Part shown: piece by piece, positions 36,344 through 50,586 of the stretch
Numbering within the stretch: position 1 is the stretch's first letter
Layout of the letters: each line of letters starts with the position of its first letter
Assembly (NCBI GenBank): GCA_036785375.1
Contig: JAWMAR010001256.1
Span: 124,001 to 188,000, forward strand
Origin: Leucoraja ocellata
Lineage: Eukaryota
Length of the DNA: 64,000 nt
Direction of reading: 5' to 3'
The notes under the pieces: model-generated
The model's database searches: none
What the model saw: the letters and a program-made list of their open reading frames with translations, nothing else
What the model was told of the DNA's origin: nothing
Translations under genes and position numbers: made by a program

Positions 36344-38691
36344 AATTACATTAAAGGAAATTATTATATGAACCTTCACTTTCAATCACAAAAGTAAAAC
36401 TCCTTCCCCTTAGGCAAGAATACTTGCAGCAACATGCGAGTCAGGTCAGCTGGGCGTGAGAGAGTTGAGATATTACAAGTCGCAATATAAGGATAACTAA
36501 AACTCTCACTGAAGGATTCGTAGTAATCGTTTTTAGTTTCCAAAGTACAGAGTCTTTCTTCCAGCTCCTTCACGTGTAAGATGTGGTAACCCATAGAGAT
36601 GTCTGGACAATTGGAGTGGGATTTAACTGGGAACTGACATTAACTGATGATCTTTAAGCTATACCTTACCTTCTATAATTCAGACTTTACTTTAGAGATA
36701 CAGCGCGGAAACAGGCCCTTCGGCCATCGGGTCCATGCTGACCAATGATTACCCCACACTAGTTCTATCCTACACACCAGGGCCAATTTATAGAAGCCAA
36801 TTAACCTACCAACCTTCACATCTTTAGAGTGTGGGAGGAAACCGGAGCACCTGGAGAAAACCCACACGGTCACAGGGAGAACGTACAAACTCCGTACAGA
36901 CAAGCACCCTTGGTCAGGATCGAACCCAGGTCTCTGATGCTGTAAGGCAGCAACTCTACCAGTGCGCCACTCTGCACCTCATGGCAACTCTGTCTCAATC
37001 CCCCTCCATAGTCAGCAGCTAATTACAGCCATCTAGCCCCAGCAACATGACCCACTCTCCCTGGAACTACAAATGATTCAACCCTACCTCACAACTCCAC
37101 CCCCCACCCCATCTCTCCATTGGTACCCTGATCTAAGCTTCATGGTCCCAATCCATCCATCTACCGCAATGGGACGTTCAACATAGAATTTTGGACCGTC
37201 AATGACAACCTGTATTGGAGCATATTGTCCAGCAGAGAGAGCAATTAAACCATAGGAGGTTTAGGATACTATTTTCAGTTGTTGAATGCTGAAACAGTAA
37301 ACTTTACTGATAACAGAAGGAAGTCACTGTGTGGTCATCAGATCAGAGACTGAGTTTGATCATGGAAGGACACAAAGTGCTGGAGTAACTCAACAGGTCA
37401 GGCAGTATCCCTGGAGAACGTGGATAGGTGACATTTCAGATAGTCCGTCTCCCTGACTCAGATCAGTTTAATAATATTAAGCCCTCATAAATGTTAGCCT
37501 CTTGCACTCTAAGAAATAAGAAAGCCCTAGTTTACTCAACTTCAGCTCAGATGCTTCAATCCTGGCAGCATCTTTGTAAGTCTTTTCAGCTTCATGCCAT
37601 CTTTCGTTAGCAGGGCCAACACGGAACACAATAAGGGTGGCGAGACTAATATCTTGTACAACTAACATAACATCCCAACTTTTGCGTTCAATTCTCTGAC
37701 GCAGGCCAATGTGCCCAAAGCTTTCTTCACCACCCTATCTTTAGTCAGAGGGTGTGAATCTGTGGCATTCAATGCCACAGAGGCTGTGGTGGTCGTCAAT
37801 AGATATTTTTAAGCCAGAGATAGATAGATTCTTGGTAAGTACGGGTGTCAAGGATTATGGGGAGAAGGCAGGTGAATGCGGTTAAGAGGGGGAGATAGAT
37901 CAGCCATGATTGGATGGCAGAGTAGAGCTGATGGACCGAATGGCCTTATTCTGCTGCTATCACATGGTCATATGTTACACTGCTGTCAGAGAACAAAGCT
38001 CTTGTACTCCTAGATCTCTTGGCTCTAGAACACTTCACAGGACCCCACCATTCACTGCAAAGATTCTGCCATGCGTTGAATTCCCAAATTGCAACACCTC
38101 ACAATGATCTGGATTATTTTAATTTGTCATTCCTCAGTCCACTTGTCCAGTTTGCCAAGATGCTGCTGTAATTCTCAAAGAACATCTTCATGCGTTTACT
38201 ATACCAACTATGTTAGTGTCATCTGCAAACATACAAATCATGCCTTGCACATTCTCATTCAAATCCAATAATGTGAGAGGGAGGTTTTATGTGCATTCAC
38301 AACCTCAATGGTGGCAGAACCAGCTCTTGAAAGTTAAAGACAAGGCAACATAAAAGAGTTTCAAATGAAAATCAAAGTCAAAGAGCCTTTATCAGAACTG
38401 AGAATGAAAGATAACAAGTTAACCAATTGGCAGATTTGTAGATTAATTGGTTAATTTACAAAAAAAAGTGTTGGAGTAACTCAGGGGGTTAGGCAGCACC
38501 TCAATTCCATGATTCATAAAACATTTATCACCTTCCAGTCTACAGGAGTGGCCTCACCACAGCCCAGTACAATGTAAACAATTGCTCCCTATTCTTGAAC
38601 TCCAGGTCGATGCTATTATTGCCAATATGCCATTTACCTTGTAAACCATTTGCCAGCTGACTTTGTGCAATTCATACAAGGACAATTCATC

Positions 38692-38992
38692 GGGTGGCAG
38701 GGTGGCAGCGGTAGAGTCGCTGCCTTACAGGGCCAGAGACCCGGGTTCGATCCTGACTACGGGTGCTTGTTGTACGGAGTTTGTGCGTTCTCCCTGTGAC
38801 CTGCGTAGGTTTTCTCCGGGATCTCCCGTTTCCTCCCACACTCCAAAGACGTACAGGTTTGTAGGTTAATTGGCTTGGTATCATTGTAAATTGGCCCTAG
38901 TGTGTGTTGGATAGTGTTAGTGCATGAGGATCGCTGGTCGGCACAAACTCAGTGGGCCGAAGGGCCTGTTTCCGCATTTTATCTCTAAACTA
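38692..38992 (+). mobile_element. tRNA-derived V-SINE (HE1-type)
   Basis: gggttcgatcc B-box, V-domain and tail. The paralog at 9393-9550 is collapsed. Confidence 0.8.
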
Positions 38993-39162
38993 CAGCTCTA
39001 CACCACACCATCTCCTAACCTGCACCATGTAGATAATATGTGTAGGAAGGAACCGAAGAAGCTGCTTTAAACAAAAGTCCTGAAACACCACCTCTTCCTT
39101 TTCTCCAGAGATGCTGTCAGATCCGCTGCTTACTCCAACTTTTGTGTCCATGTAGATAATAG

Positions 39163-39210
39163 CAAAGATCTTATAGCGGATCTTATAGCGGCTCCGCTAG
39201 AAGATCTTTG
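39163..39210. mobile_element. 48-bp mini TIR element with 8-bp TSD (hAT-like)
   Basis: TIRs caaagatcttatagcgga / tccgctagaagatctttg (17/18). TSD gataatag at 39155-39162 and 39211-39218. Absent in copy A. Confidence 0.75.
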
Positions 39211-40309
39211 GATAATAGTCTGCTTTTAGATTCCTTTTGCTGAAGTGCTTAAATTCCATTTGCCAGGTTTTTGCTCATGCACTCAACCTATCTACTGTAT
39301 ATCCCTTTGCAGACCCCAAATATCATCAACGTAAAGTGACCTCCAACCTATTTTCTTGTCCTCACCTTGTCCAGGTCAACCAGCATTTGTGAACACTGCC
39401 AAGGAAAATCTATGGTCAAGTATCTTAGATTGATTATATGTTGTAACAGTCCTGACAAAAGTTACACCAAGCATGATAATGGGAATGAGAGAAAAAAGTA
39501 AGGAAGGAGAAAGCATGTGAATAGGTTTAGAATATGATGATGAAGAATAAAATAAGATTATAAGTTCATGAAATGCAGTGAGTTGAGACATTCAGCAGAG
39601 TCAATGCCTAGGGACAAGGAAGGAAAAAAGGTGATGTCATTAAAAGTGGTTCTTGTCCATCAACGTTAGGGATATTTGTTTGTGACATGTTTTATTGTCT
39701 TATGTACTGGGGGCCGAGCATAGCTCATCACAGCTGCATCCTTAATCAGGAAGAACATATCCTTTTAAACTTGTCTGCCCGGAGGAATAATGACTCCTGC
39801 ACTAAATTTATTTGACGTTTCCTGTTCATTAGCATTGGAGCAGAGATTCTCACGTGCCAAGAGGAATAGATCGGGTAGATGCACAGAATCTCTTACCCAG
39901 ACTAGGTGTGTCGAGAACCAGAGGAGATTGGTTCAAGGTGAAGGGGAAAAGATTTTAAAGGAATCTGAGGTGTAACATTTTCACACAAAGGGCGTTGGGT
40001 GTATGGAACGAGCTGCCAGGAAGCTAGTTGAGGCAGGGACTATCCCAAAATTTAAGAAACAGTTAAACAGGTAAATGGATAGGACAGGTTTGGAGGTATA
40101 TGGCCCAAACACGGGCAGGTGGGACATGTTGGTCGGCATGGGCAAGTTGGGCCAAAGGGCCTGTTTCCATGCGGTATCACTCTATGAACCGTGCAGGCTC
40201 CAGGGAAACTAATCTGTAAATCTCAATTCATTGTCATGGCTTACTCACAATTCACTCAGCAACTCCAATTTGTAAACATAATCAGTCAAGCAAGGATTGA
40301 CAGAAATAC

Positions 40310-40415
40310 GGTAAATGAAAGAGTGAAAATAGAATGAAACGTAAACTTTCATTTACTTTCCATTTTCCTGTTGCACACTTCCTGACATCAAGCCCATGTG
40401 GTTGCCATGGTTACT
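40310..40415. promoter_or_regulatory. Candidate enhancer/promoter motif cluster (IRF-like GAAA repeats, ETS+CRE-like, RFX X-box-like)
   Basis: tgaaagagtgaaaatagaatgaaac and actttcatttactttcc; acttcctgacatca 40377-40390; gttgccatggttac 40401-40414. All in non-repeat sequence. Confidence 0.35.
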
Positions 40416-41984
40416 ACAAAAAGAATTGATGGAAGTTACAATAGAATGGGTTACATTAGAATTTCTATTTCTCTGTGGCTTTCCCCATTTGAATCTGTTT
40501 GCTGCTTTACATATGCTCTTGTATGGTTCTCAGATATAAAGCCAGTATGATTCTCTCACCATGGCCTCTATTTCGAACTAATGCAATATTAAAAATCACC
40601 CACGTATGGATATATTCGTGTAGGACAGAACTGTTGATGCTGGTTTACACCGAGTCTACTTAATCAATCCGCATGTAACAAACTCCAGGAACAAAATGCT
40701 ATTTGACCCAATTATTCCTTGCAGAAGCAAGTTCCAAATACTCATCATGCTTTAGATTTTTTTTTAATCACTTGAACTGCTTTTTGGATTTGTTAGTCTT
40801 CTATTTATGGCCTATATTTTTGATGTCTCCCATGTGCAAACATCTTTGTCATTAAGCACTCATAGAGTCATAGTCATAGACTATAACAGCGTGCAAACAG
40901 ACCCTTCGGCCCAACTTGCCCACACTGGCGAACATGTCCCAGTTACACAAGTCCCACCTGCCTGCGTTTGGCCCATAGCCCTCCAAACCTGTCCTGTGCA
41001 TGCACCTGCCTAACTGTTTCTTAAATGTTGGGATAGTCCTACCTCCTCTGGCAGCATGTTCCATACACTCACCACTCTTTTTGTGAAAAAGCTACCCCTC
41101 AGATTCCTATTAAATTATTTCCCCTTCAACTTAAACCTATGTGCTCTGGTCCTCTATTCACCTATTCTGGGCAAGAGATCCACATACTCTGGGCAAGAGT
41201 TAAACTCCAGTTAAATTATCCTACAGTTTCATTTGTTTAAGAAGGAACTGCAGATGCTGGAAAAATCGAGTTGACAAAAAATGCTGGAAAAATTCAGCGG
41301 GTGAGGCAGCATCTATCACCTATTCCTTTTCTCCATGAGTTTCTCCAGCATTTTTTGTCTACAGTTTTAATTTCTCTACCTTAAACAAAACATGAGCCAG
41401 TTTAATTTTTTCTTGATAGGTGTAACCTTTCAGTTCCAATATCAATGCGTTAAATCTTTTTTTACACCTTCTCAGTTCCTGTAAAAAACGTATTTATTAC
41501 GTAGAAACTGTGCATAGTATTGTTTTATTTCCCCATGTTTTTATATAAGTTTAACATAAACACCTTCGTTCACCATTTTGTTTTACTGGTAAAAATGTTT
41601 GCTTTTTTTAAACCATTTTAACTCTAACATGTTATTTACTGTTTAATCTTATAGTAATCCCCAAATGCCTTTTTGGTCTTCCCTACCTATTTCTTTTCTG
41701 CAGTCTGTGGTCTCCTTACATTCCCTACACATCATTTCACATTTATTTTTTATTGAAATTCATGTGTCAATGTCTTTTCAGTAAAGCTTATATGTTAGCA
41801 TGGCCCTATTCAGTATTACCAATGATCATTTTTGATTTTACGGTGGAACTGTGTGTTGAATTCACAAAACCAAGAAAGTGTGAAAGAGATTTAACGCAAT
41901 GATAGTGAAGGTGAAAAGTGACACCCATCAAGGTTTTTTTTATATATGAGAAACAAGGCAGCAGAATAATTTGGCTGAGCTATT

Positions 41985-42835
41985 CAAGGTTTGGGTGGGT
42001 AAATGTCAGCGTTGCATTTTGGAAGTCAAACAAGGGCAGGACCTTCACAGTGAATGGAACAGCCCTGTGGAGGGTGGGGGGGGGGGGGGGGGGGGGAGGA
42101 TCTTCACAGTGAATGGAACAGCGCTGGGGGGATGGGGGTATTGTAGAGCAGAAGGATCTAGCAGCACACGTGTGCACAGTTCCCTGAAAGTGGCGTCACA
42201 TGTTGATAGAGTGATTAGGAAGGGTTTTGGTACATTGGCCTTCATCAGTCAGGGTACTGAGTGTAGAAGCTAGGACATAACATTACAGATGGACAAGGTG
42301 TTAGTGAGACCCGGCATTTGGAGCATTGTGTTCAGTTTTAGTCACCCTGTTATATAGGAAGGATATTATTAAGCTGGAAAGAGAGCAGAGACTTACGAGG
42401 ATGTTGCCAGAACTCAAGGGCCTAAGCTAAAGGGAGAGATTGGGCACGCTAGGAATTTATTCCTTGGATCATCACAAGAGGGTAAAGGGTGATTTTATAG
42501 ATGTGGATAAAATCATAAAAGGGGAATTGATAGGATGAATGCACTGGATCTTTTACCCAGTAGAGAGGAATCAAGAACCAGAGGACATAGGTTTAAGGTG
42601 AGTGGGGAAATATTGAATAGGAACCCGAGGGGCATCTTTTTCACTCAGAAGGTGGTGGCTATATGGAAATAACTGCCAGAGGCGATAGTTGAGGCAAGTA
42701 TAATGACATTATTTAAGTGAAACTTTGACATGTGCATGGATCGGTTTGGAGGGACATGGGCCAAAGGTTTGCAGGGACATGGGCCAAATGCGGGAAAAAT
42801 GTAACTAACAAATGGGGGATCTTGGTCAGCATGGA
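41985..42835 (+). mobile_element. Degraded CR1 LINE 3' region
   Basis: VHSSLKVASHVDRV..GFGTLAFISQG and agaaccagaggacataggtttaaggtg motifs. Confidence 0.75.
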
Positions 42836-44444
42836 CTAGCGCACACTGGGGACAATTTTACATTTATACCAAACCAATTAACCTACAAACCTGTACGTCT
42901 TTGGAAATGATGTCTTAGCTGAAATTAAAGAACACAAATTAACTCTTCTTAACTAAACCATTATCTTTATAAATTTGCATATCTTGCCAACAACTATATT
43001 TCTTGACTGCATTCTTTCATTGTGTAGTTATAACGTGCAGAGACATGCTACTCTAGACAGCTGCACGATTCTGCAACTTCACTGGAATGTGCCCAGCTAC
43101 CACAGAAGCCTCACCCAATGTTTGTTTGTTTCCTGTAACATAAGGAACGCCCCTGTGTGGTATGCACAAGGAAAGATCCTCTTTCAGGTCAGGTTTCACA
43201 CTAAGAACTATTCCTTCCTTTCCCTTGTCCCCCTGTTTATTGATTTGGTGCAAAGATGAATTTGTATGGAGGAAAGTGATACAAATGGGTTCACACAATC
43301 ATAGAGTTATACAGTGTGGAAACAGGCCCTTCAGCCCAACTTACCCACTCAAGCCAACATGTCCTAGCTACACTCGTCCCACCTGCCCGTGTTTTGTCCA
43401 TCTAATCTGTCCTATCCATGTAATCATCCAAGATAAAAGACAACAATTCATTCAGTTGGGCCCGCGACAAGTTTTTCAAAAGGAACTGTTGAAATTATTC
43501 CAAAAAACAGACTTTTCCCACAACCTGGATCCCACTCACATACGTAAAATGCTGGAATAAGTCAGCGGGATAGGCAGAATCTCCGGAGATGGAATGGGTG
43601 ACGTTACGGGTTGAGTTACACCAGTATTTCGTGTCTATCTTAGGTGTAAACCAGCATCCGCAGTGCCTTCCTACACCCCCTCATATACTGTATTTGTCTG
43701 GTTGCTTTTAACAGTTCCCAAGGAATGTACCTGCTTCCACTACCCTTGCATATATTATACTCCAGACCATGACAAACTCCTGTAGTGGGAAAAAAAACTT
43801 ACATTCCTCTTGCACCTTTGCCAATTATTTTTAATTTATGGCCTCTGGTTACTGCTCCATTTGCAATAGGAAACAGTGTCTCCTTACTTGTCCCATTATT
43901 AAAACTCTCAGCTTCAAGTATAATCACCAAGATGCGCTGACTGTCTTTCTGCAGTACAGATATAGATTGCTGCCTAATCTCTCTAGCATTTATAAAATCA
44001 TAATATTTGGTGAAAAGCTTTTGTTGCGTGCTAACCAGCCAGCAGAAAGACAATACATGATAGGGGAATCGCATTTGGTGCAAGATAAAGCCAATAAATT
44101 CCGATCAAATATAGTCCAAGGGTCCCCAATGACCCCTAGTTGAAATTTATTATAAACTGGTGTAAAAGAACTGATCAAATTCAGCACAATTGGAAAATCA
44201 GTTTATCGTCAATCAACAGAGCTGTTATTCAACAATTCTGTTACTACTTTCAACTGGTTTCATTTTGTTACATGCATCTCTGGGTCAGAGGAGTGTGGCG
44301 TCAGGATTTAACAACATCATCAATAGTAAGAGATTATTGAATTGTCAAAACCATTTTGAACAAATCTTCATAGTCGTTGTGCAAGTTCCCAATGAACAAT
44401 AAAAATGTAAAGATTTCACAGACTATCTGATAAGATCCATAAAA

Positions 44445-44735
44445 GGTGGCACGGTGGCGCAGCGGTAGAGTTGCTATCTTACAGAGTGAGAGACCTGGGT
44501 TTGATCCTGACTACGGGTGCTATCTGAACGGAGTTTGCATGTTCTCCCTGTGACCGCGTGGGTTTTCTCCGGATGCTCCGGTTTCCTCCCATGCTCCAAA
44601 GACGTACAGGTTTGTAAGTTACTTGGTTTCTGTTAATTGCCCCCAATGTGTAGGATAGAAGTAGTGTATGAGTGATCATTTGTCGACGTGGTGGGCCAAA
44701 GGGCTTGTTGCCATGCTATATCCCTAAACTAAACT
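44445..44735 (+). mobile_element. tRNA-derived V-SINE (HE1-type)
   Basis: Same A/B box, V-domain and (ctaaa)n tail. Confidence 0.8.
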
Positions 44736-47700
44736 TTTGAGTTCTTCCTATCCTATGGTACAGTTGCTTAGTAATCAATACCATTAACAAGAGTATTGGA
44801 ATTTTTCCAACTCTATTCTAAGATCAATTAAAAAAATTGTTAGGCAGTAATTCTGCACTATTTGGGGTCCACAGAAGAGAATTACAATCTTAGATCAGGT
44901 TACAGTCAGCAGGAGTGCTTCCATGAAAGGAAAGCAATGCAGGCCACATTGATCCTAGCAACTATTAGCAGTTTGCCACATAGCAATCACAGCAGGCTTA
45001 GCCCCCAAACGCACAGTTCCCACCAAGGTCAGGTAGAAAATCACATTATAGTTGGTACAAGGAATAGTTACAGGATGGTGAATCTGTGGAATTCATTACC
45101 AGAGAAGGCTGTGGAGGCCAAGTGAATGGATATTTTTAAGGCAGAGATAGATAGATTCTTGATTAGTACAGGTGTCAGGGGTTATAGGGAGATGGCAGGA
45201 GAATGGGGTTAGGAGGGAGAGATAGATCAGCCATGATTGGATGGGCCGAATGGCCTAATTCCACTCCTATCACTTGTGAATGTATGTACTTAGGGAAAGA
45301 GAATGAGCCCCAAGATTCACAGAATAAGAGCTCAAAATCTTGAGGATGGAATTATTTCCAGCATGTTAGAAGACTAATAACGGCTATGGATAATTATGTT
45401 CACATTTTCACCTCTGCAAAGGAGAACCTGAGAAGAATGAACGCAAGACTTTGCCTTTCCAGTTTCTCATGGTGGCATGTACCGCACTTGCTCTTTCACA
45501 GACGTCTTGGTTTCACTTCCCTCTTCTGCCTTTTGTGTAGAATTTGTGCTTCTTCTATTGCCCATTTAATCTTCCTAGCCTGGCTTTGAACTTTGCAGGT
45601 CTGTATGCACATTTCTCGAGGTAACTCTTTCCCATGTAATAATTTACGCAGATTACACAACTTGTCTGATAAACAGATCCTTCCAATCTGAAAAATCCAG
45701 ATGTTTGAGAAGGAACTGCAGATGCTGTAAAAATCGAAGGTAGACAAAAATGCTGGAGAAACTTGGTGGGTGAGGCAAATCTATGGAGCAAAGGTATAGG
45801 TGATGTTTTGGGTTGAGACCCTTAAAATCTAGATGATCTGCTAACAATCTTAGCCCTGTAAATAAAACAGTATCATAGATATTCTGCCATCTGTTTATGT
45901 GTGAAGAACTGGTAACATCAACTGATCCATTTCCATGTGGATTAAAGCACTTGTGCGGCATTCTCCAACATCTCACTTGAGAGCTCTGTGGTACAGTAAC
46001 GTTCTCATCTTTGTGATGAGTGAGATAGTCTCATCTGCTCAGGTTTATCTGCAACAGCCAGGGTGGCATGGTGGGGCGGAGGTAGAGCTACTGCCTTGCT
46101 GCGCTATCAACCTGGGTTCATTCCTGACTACGGGTGCTGTCTGTACGGAGTTTGTACTTTCTCTCCGTGACCGCGTGGGTTTTCTCCGAGATCTTCAGTT
46201 ACCACCCACTCTCCAAAGATGTACAGGTTTGTAGGTTAATTTGCCTGGTGTAAATGTATAAATGTACGGTCGGGGCGGACTCGGTGTCTCTAATTGTATC
46301 TCTAAACTAATAAACCCAGCTCAATATTCAGTTCAGCTGGAAATCCAGTGGCCCTGCTGTCTTTATTCGGTCAACCACAACAGAATCACACTTTGTTTTG
46401 TCTCTGGTACATATCCACGTGTAATCTCAACTAGGAGAGATTGTATCCAGCATTCAGCATTCCAGGGCTGACAGAACATCTACATTCCATGATTTTATCA
46501 ACCAACGCTGGCAGCAACTCTCAGTGTCTCTTCATAAGCTACTATAAAATAGATAAGAGTTTTAACCAGACAACAAGGGCACTTCAGTAAATAAAAACAA
46601 AGCTCACAATATCAAGATGTTATCTTAAGGGATTTGATAAGGTCCCTCATGGAAGGCTGATCCAGAAGATTAAGATGTACATTGGATTCAGAATTGGCTT
46701 ACCCATAGAAAATAGAGGCTAATGGTGGAAGGGTATTATTTTGGCTGGAGGTCTGTGACTAATAGTATTCTACCGGGATCAGTCCTGGGATATAAAGGAT
46801 TAGGTACAAAAACTGGATTCCCAGGGAAAGTGTTCCATTAAATTATCCCAATTTGATATGATGCAACTTGGAAACTCAATTATGATCTACTCCAGATAAA
46901 AATCATTTTCCATCACAATTAGGCGTTGAAAAATAGTATCGCGTAATCTAATTACAAGCCAATTCATTATTTATGGACACTTGCCATGTGGAAAATGAAG
47001 CAACAAAATAAATAATTGAGAATAATTTTGAGATAGTTGAAGATATTGTTATGCATTATATAAATACTATTTTCACTTTCCTAGTTTCCAACAAACCTTA
47101 TATCTATCAAACCCCAAAGAGAAAGGATTGAATGCATTTATTCACAGTGACCGAGGAAGGTACATGTTGGGACAAATGTATTATTTTCAGTGCAATTAAA
47201 TTTGCAAACTTGAAAAATCTACTTTATTATCAATAGTTGTTTTGACTTGTTGAATAGTGATTAGCAGAAATATTTTAAAGAGGGTTTTTTAGCTCTTGTT
47301 AGTTCTTCTTGTCTCTTGTGATGAATTATTAAATTGCCATTAAACCTACTAAGCCATTGTCAATTACCTGTTTCTATTCGGTTATACTGTAAGTGTTTTC
47401 TTTGTCATTTTTATCTGGTGAATTAAACAATATTACTGTTTTGAAATTCCAACTCTGCGGTTAACTAACCAATTGAAGGAATAGAGGAGATGTCATTGAT
47501 GGTTCTTCTTGAACTATTCTGTAAACTGACTGAATTATGGTCTCAGACGGTGCTAATAAATAGCCCTAAACTGGAAAACAGCAGTGAAACACTGGCAGAC
47601 TCAGTTCAGGTGCTCTGAAAACTGGGTGCCTAGGTCTTGGTCTTCCCAAACTAGAGAAGGCCATTTTTGGGCAGTGAATGCAGTTGACAAGTTTGGAGGT

Positions 47701-50281
47701 GGTTCTGTGAACCTTTACCACATTTGGAAAGGCTGTTCCCTGGGTGGTGACAAGGGAAGAAGTATGAGAACAAGCGTTGCAGAGGGAAGTACCATGAATC
47801 AGGGAATAGTTGATGGGGAGGGATGAAAGGATGGGGGAGTCACAGAAGGGGTGATTCCTCTGGAACGCAGAAAGGAGTGGGAAGTGGGAAGATATGGAGA
47901 GTGGTGGGATCCCATTGCAACTGGTGACAAGCTTGTGTTACGTGCTAGCCAGTCAGTGGAAAGACAATACATGATTACAATCTAACCACAGTGAACAGAT
48001 ACATGATAAAGGGAATATAGTGAATAACGTTTAGTGCAAGATAAAACCAGTAAAGTCTGATCAAAGATACTTCAAGGGTCTCCAATGATGTAGATAGTAG
48101 TTCAGGACCACTCTCTAGTTGTGGTAGCTGCGAGTCTCCAGCAGAATATTAAAGCTCAACCAATGTTGAGGGGGAAATTCTGTGATGTTTCTTTTCAGGA
48201 TCAGGGTGTGGAAAACATAGTTTATGGTTTTACTGATTTAATGCAGTGATCAACAGTTTAGATGCTTTTTTAACTTGGTTCAATTTGGTAGTCCTTGATA
48301 GATGTAGCCAAATAGTATCATCTGAACTTGCTTTTGTAACCCATGTAACTATCCACGTAGGCCGCTACTTATCAATGAGGGCGCATCCTGCACTTGTACT
48401 GTTTCCGTAATGCGAACAGGAAAAGGGATTGTTTAAGGTAGGTGTGGCTCAGGCTTCCTGTTCAATCTACAGTGAATAAATACATCTTCTAATGGAATAA
48501 ATCAAAAAATTGCCACCATAAGCACAAACAATTAGCCATTTGTTCTGTGCTAACTTCAAAAGATTAACAACAGCACCATCACATAAAAATCATTCAGTAT
48601 GTTTTTTGGCATACACTGTTTTCTCATATGCCTAACCATCTTCAGCTGCTTCAGCTACTTCATCAATAACCTTCCTTCAACCGGGTCAGTAGTAGAGCTG
48701 CTCTCTGATGAGTGTACAATGTTCATCCCCATTCATCACTCCTCAGATAATAAATTCATGTGATAGGAGCAGAATTAGACCATTCGGCCCATCAAATCTA
48801 ATCCGCCATTCAATCATGACTGATCTATCTTTCCCTCTTAACCCCATTCTCTTGCCCTCTCCCCACAACCCCTGACACGGGTACTAGTCAAAAATTTAAC
48901 TGTCTCTGCCTTGACTTGGCCTCCACAGCCTTTTGTGCCAATTAATTCCGCAGATTCACCAACCTCTGACTAAAGAAATTCTTCCTCATCTCCTTCCTAA
49001 AGGAACAGGTTTCCTTCCCCACTGGTGGACACTATTAATGAAGCAGCCCGCAGTCATAGACAGCAAGACCAGGACAACATCCAAGCCTAGGCTGATAGGT
49101 GGCAAGTTACACTCACGCTACACAGTGGCAGCCCATGACAATATACAACAAGAGAAAATGCAGCTCTCCTCCCCGCCCCTACCCCACTTCACTGATATTC
49201 AATAGCGTTACCATCACTGAATCCCCCACCAGCAATATCCATGGGGTTATCATTGACCACAAACAGAACTTCGAGCCAGCAGTGCTGGCTCGAAGGGCCA
49301 AATGGCCTCCTCCTGCACCTATTTTCTATGGAGTAGCCATATACACAATATAACTATAAGAGCAGGTCAGAGGCGAGGAATCCTGCAGCTAGAAACTCAT
49401 CCCCACACTGAAACATCTACAAGGCTCAAGTCAGGTGTTTGATATACTATCCATTTGCTTGGATGAGTGCACCTTCAACAGTATTCAAAAATCTCCACTC
49501 CACAGAAGACATCAAAACCTGTTTGATAAGCACCCAGACATCCACTTCCTGTACCACTGAAGCACAGCAGCAGCATTTTATACCATCTACAGGAGGAACT
49601 TCAGCTTGAGGGCAAACGTGACCAACGTGACCTGTGCGGGTTTTCTCCGGCTGCTCCGGTTTCCTCCCACACTCCAAAGACGTACAGGTTGGCAGGTTAA
49701 TTTACTTGGTATCATTGTAAATTGTCTCTAGTGTGTGTTATATGCCGTTAGTGTGGGGGGATTGCCGGTGGGCCGAAGGGCCTGTTTCTGCACTGTATCT
49801 CTAAACTAAACTAAACTACTGCCTTTTGAGTTAGATGACAAAACATTGGGGTCCGGATAGCTGATTTTGCTGCAACAGAATGGAAAACCTTATTGGTTTC
49901 TATTTGATATTTTTGAGAGAATTTTGATGCAAATATTAAACAAGAATAACTTTGCATCGATGTTATTGGAAAGTTTCGGTTGTAAATTCATATAAACACA
50001 CTGATCTTTAGAGTTACTGTTAACACTGTTAAGTATTTTTGAGTCAATCAACAAAAGGACATTTTCCAAAGTGGCCTGCGAATCTCAAGCAACATTAGTT
50101 CTCTATTAACAAACATGTGCTGCATAAAATAATCCAATAATAAGGTGGGATAAAGGTAAAGAAAAGGGAACGCTGTGTGCACTGCCCACAAGGACATCAT
50201 GGCCTGATGGACACATTATTTATGACCTATTCACCGGGGCCAAATGCTGGCAGAACGCCAAGATCACACAATGCTTGAGGA

Positions 50282-50586
50282 GGGCGGCACGGTGGCGCAG
50301 TGGTAGAGTTGCTGCCATACAGCGCCAGAGACTCAGGTTCTATCCTGACTACAGGTGCTGTCTGCATGGAGTTTGTATGTTCTCCCCGTAACCTGTGTGG
50401 GTTTTCACCGGGTGCTCCGGGTTCCCCCCACACTTCATAGACGTACAGGGTTTGTCGGTTAATTGGGCTTCTATAAAATTGTAAATTGTCCCTAGTGTGT
50501 TGGGTAGTGCAAGTGTACAGGGTGATCACTGGTCAGCATGGAGTCTGTGAGCCGAAGGGCCTGTTTTCATGCTGTATCTGTAAAGT
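50282..50586 (+). mobile_element. tRNA-derived V-SINE (HE1-type), full length
   Basis: A-box tggcgcagtgg, B-box ggttctatcc, V-domain ttctccccgt..gggtgctccgg, CR1-like tail gggcctgttt. Many related copies in the window. Confidence 0.8.

Larger units (their letters stand above)
26790..39367 (+). repeat. Segmental (tandem gene) duplication, copy B
   Basis: Matches 1-9867. Longer because of copy-specific Tx1, L2, CR1, Rex1 and mini-TIR insertions plus deletions in A. Confidence 0.95.

Noticed and set aside
42040-42125. Short direct duplication around a poly-G run
   Set aside because: Slippage or consensus error inside a dead CR1 copy.
50282-50360. tRNA gene-like A/B boxes
   Set aside because: They are SINE heads continuing into the V-domain and LINE tail, not tRNA genes.
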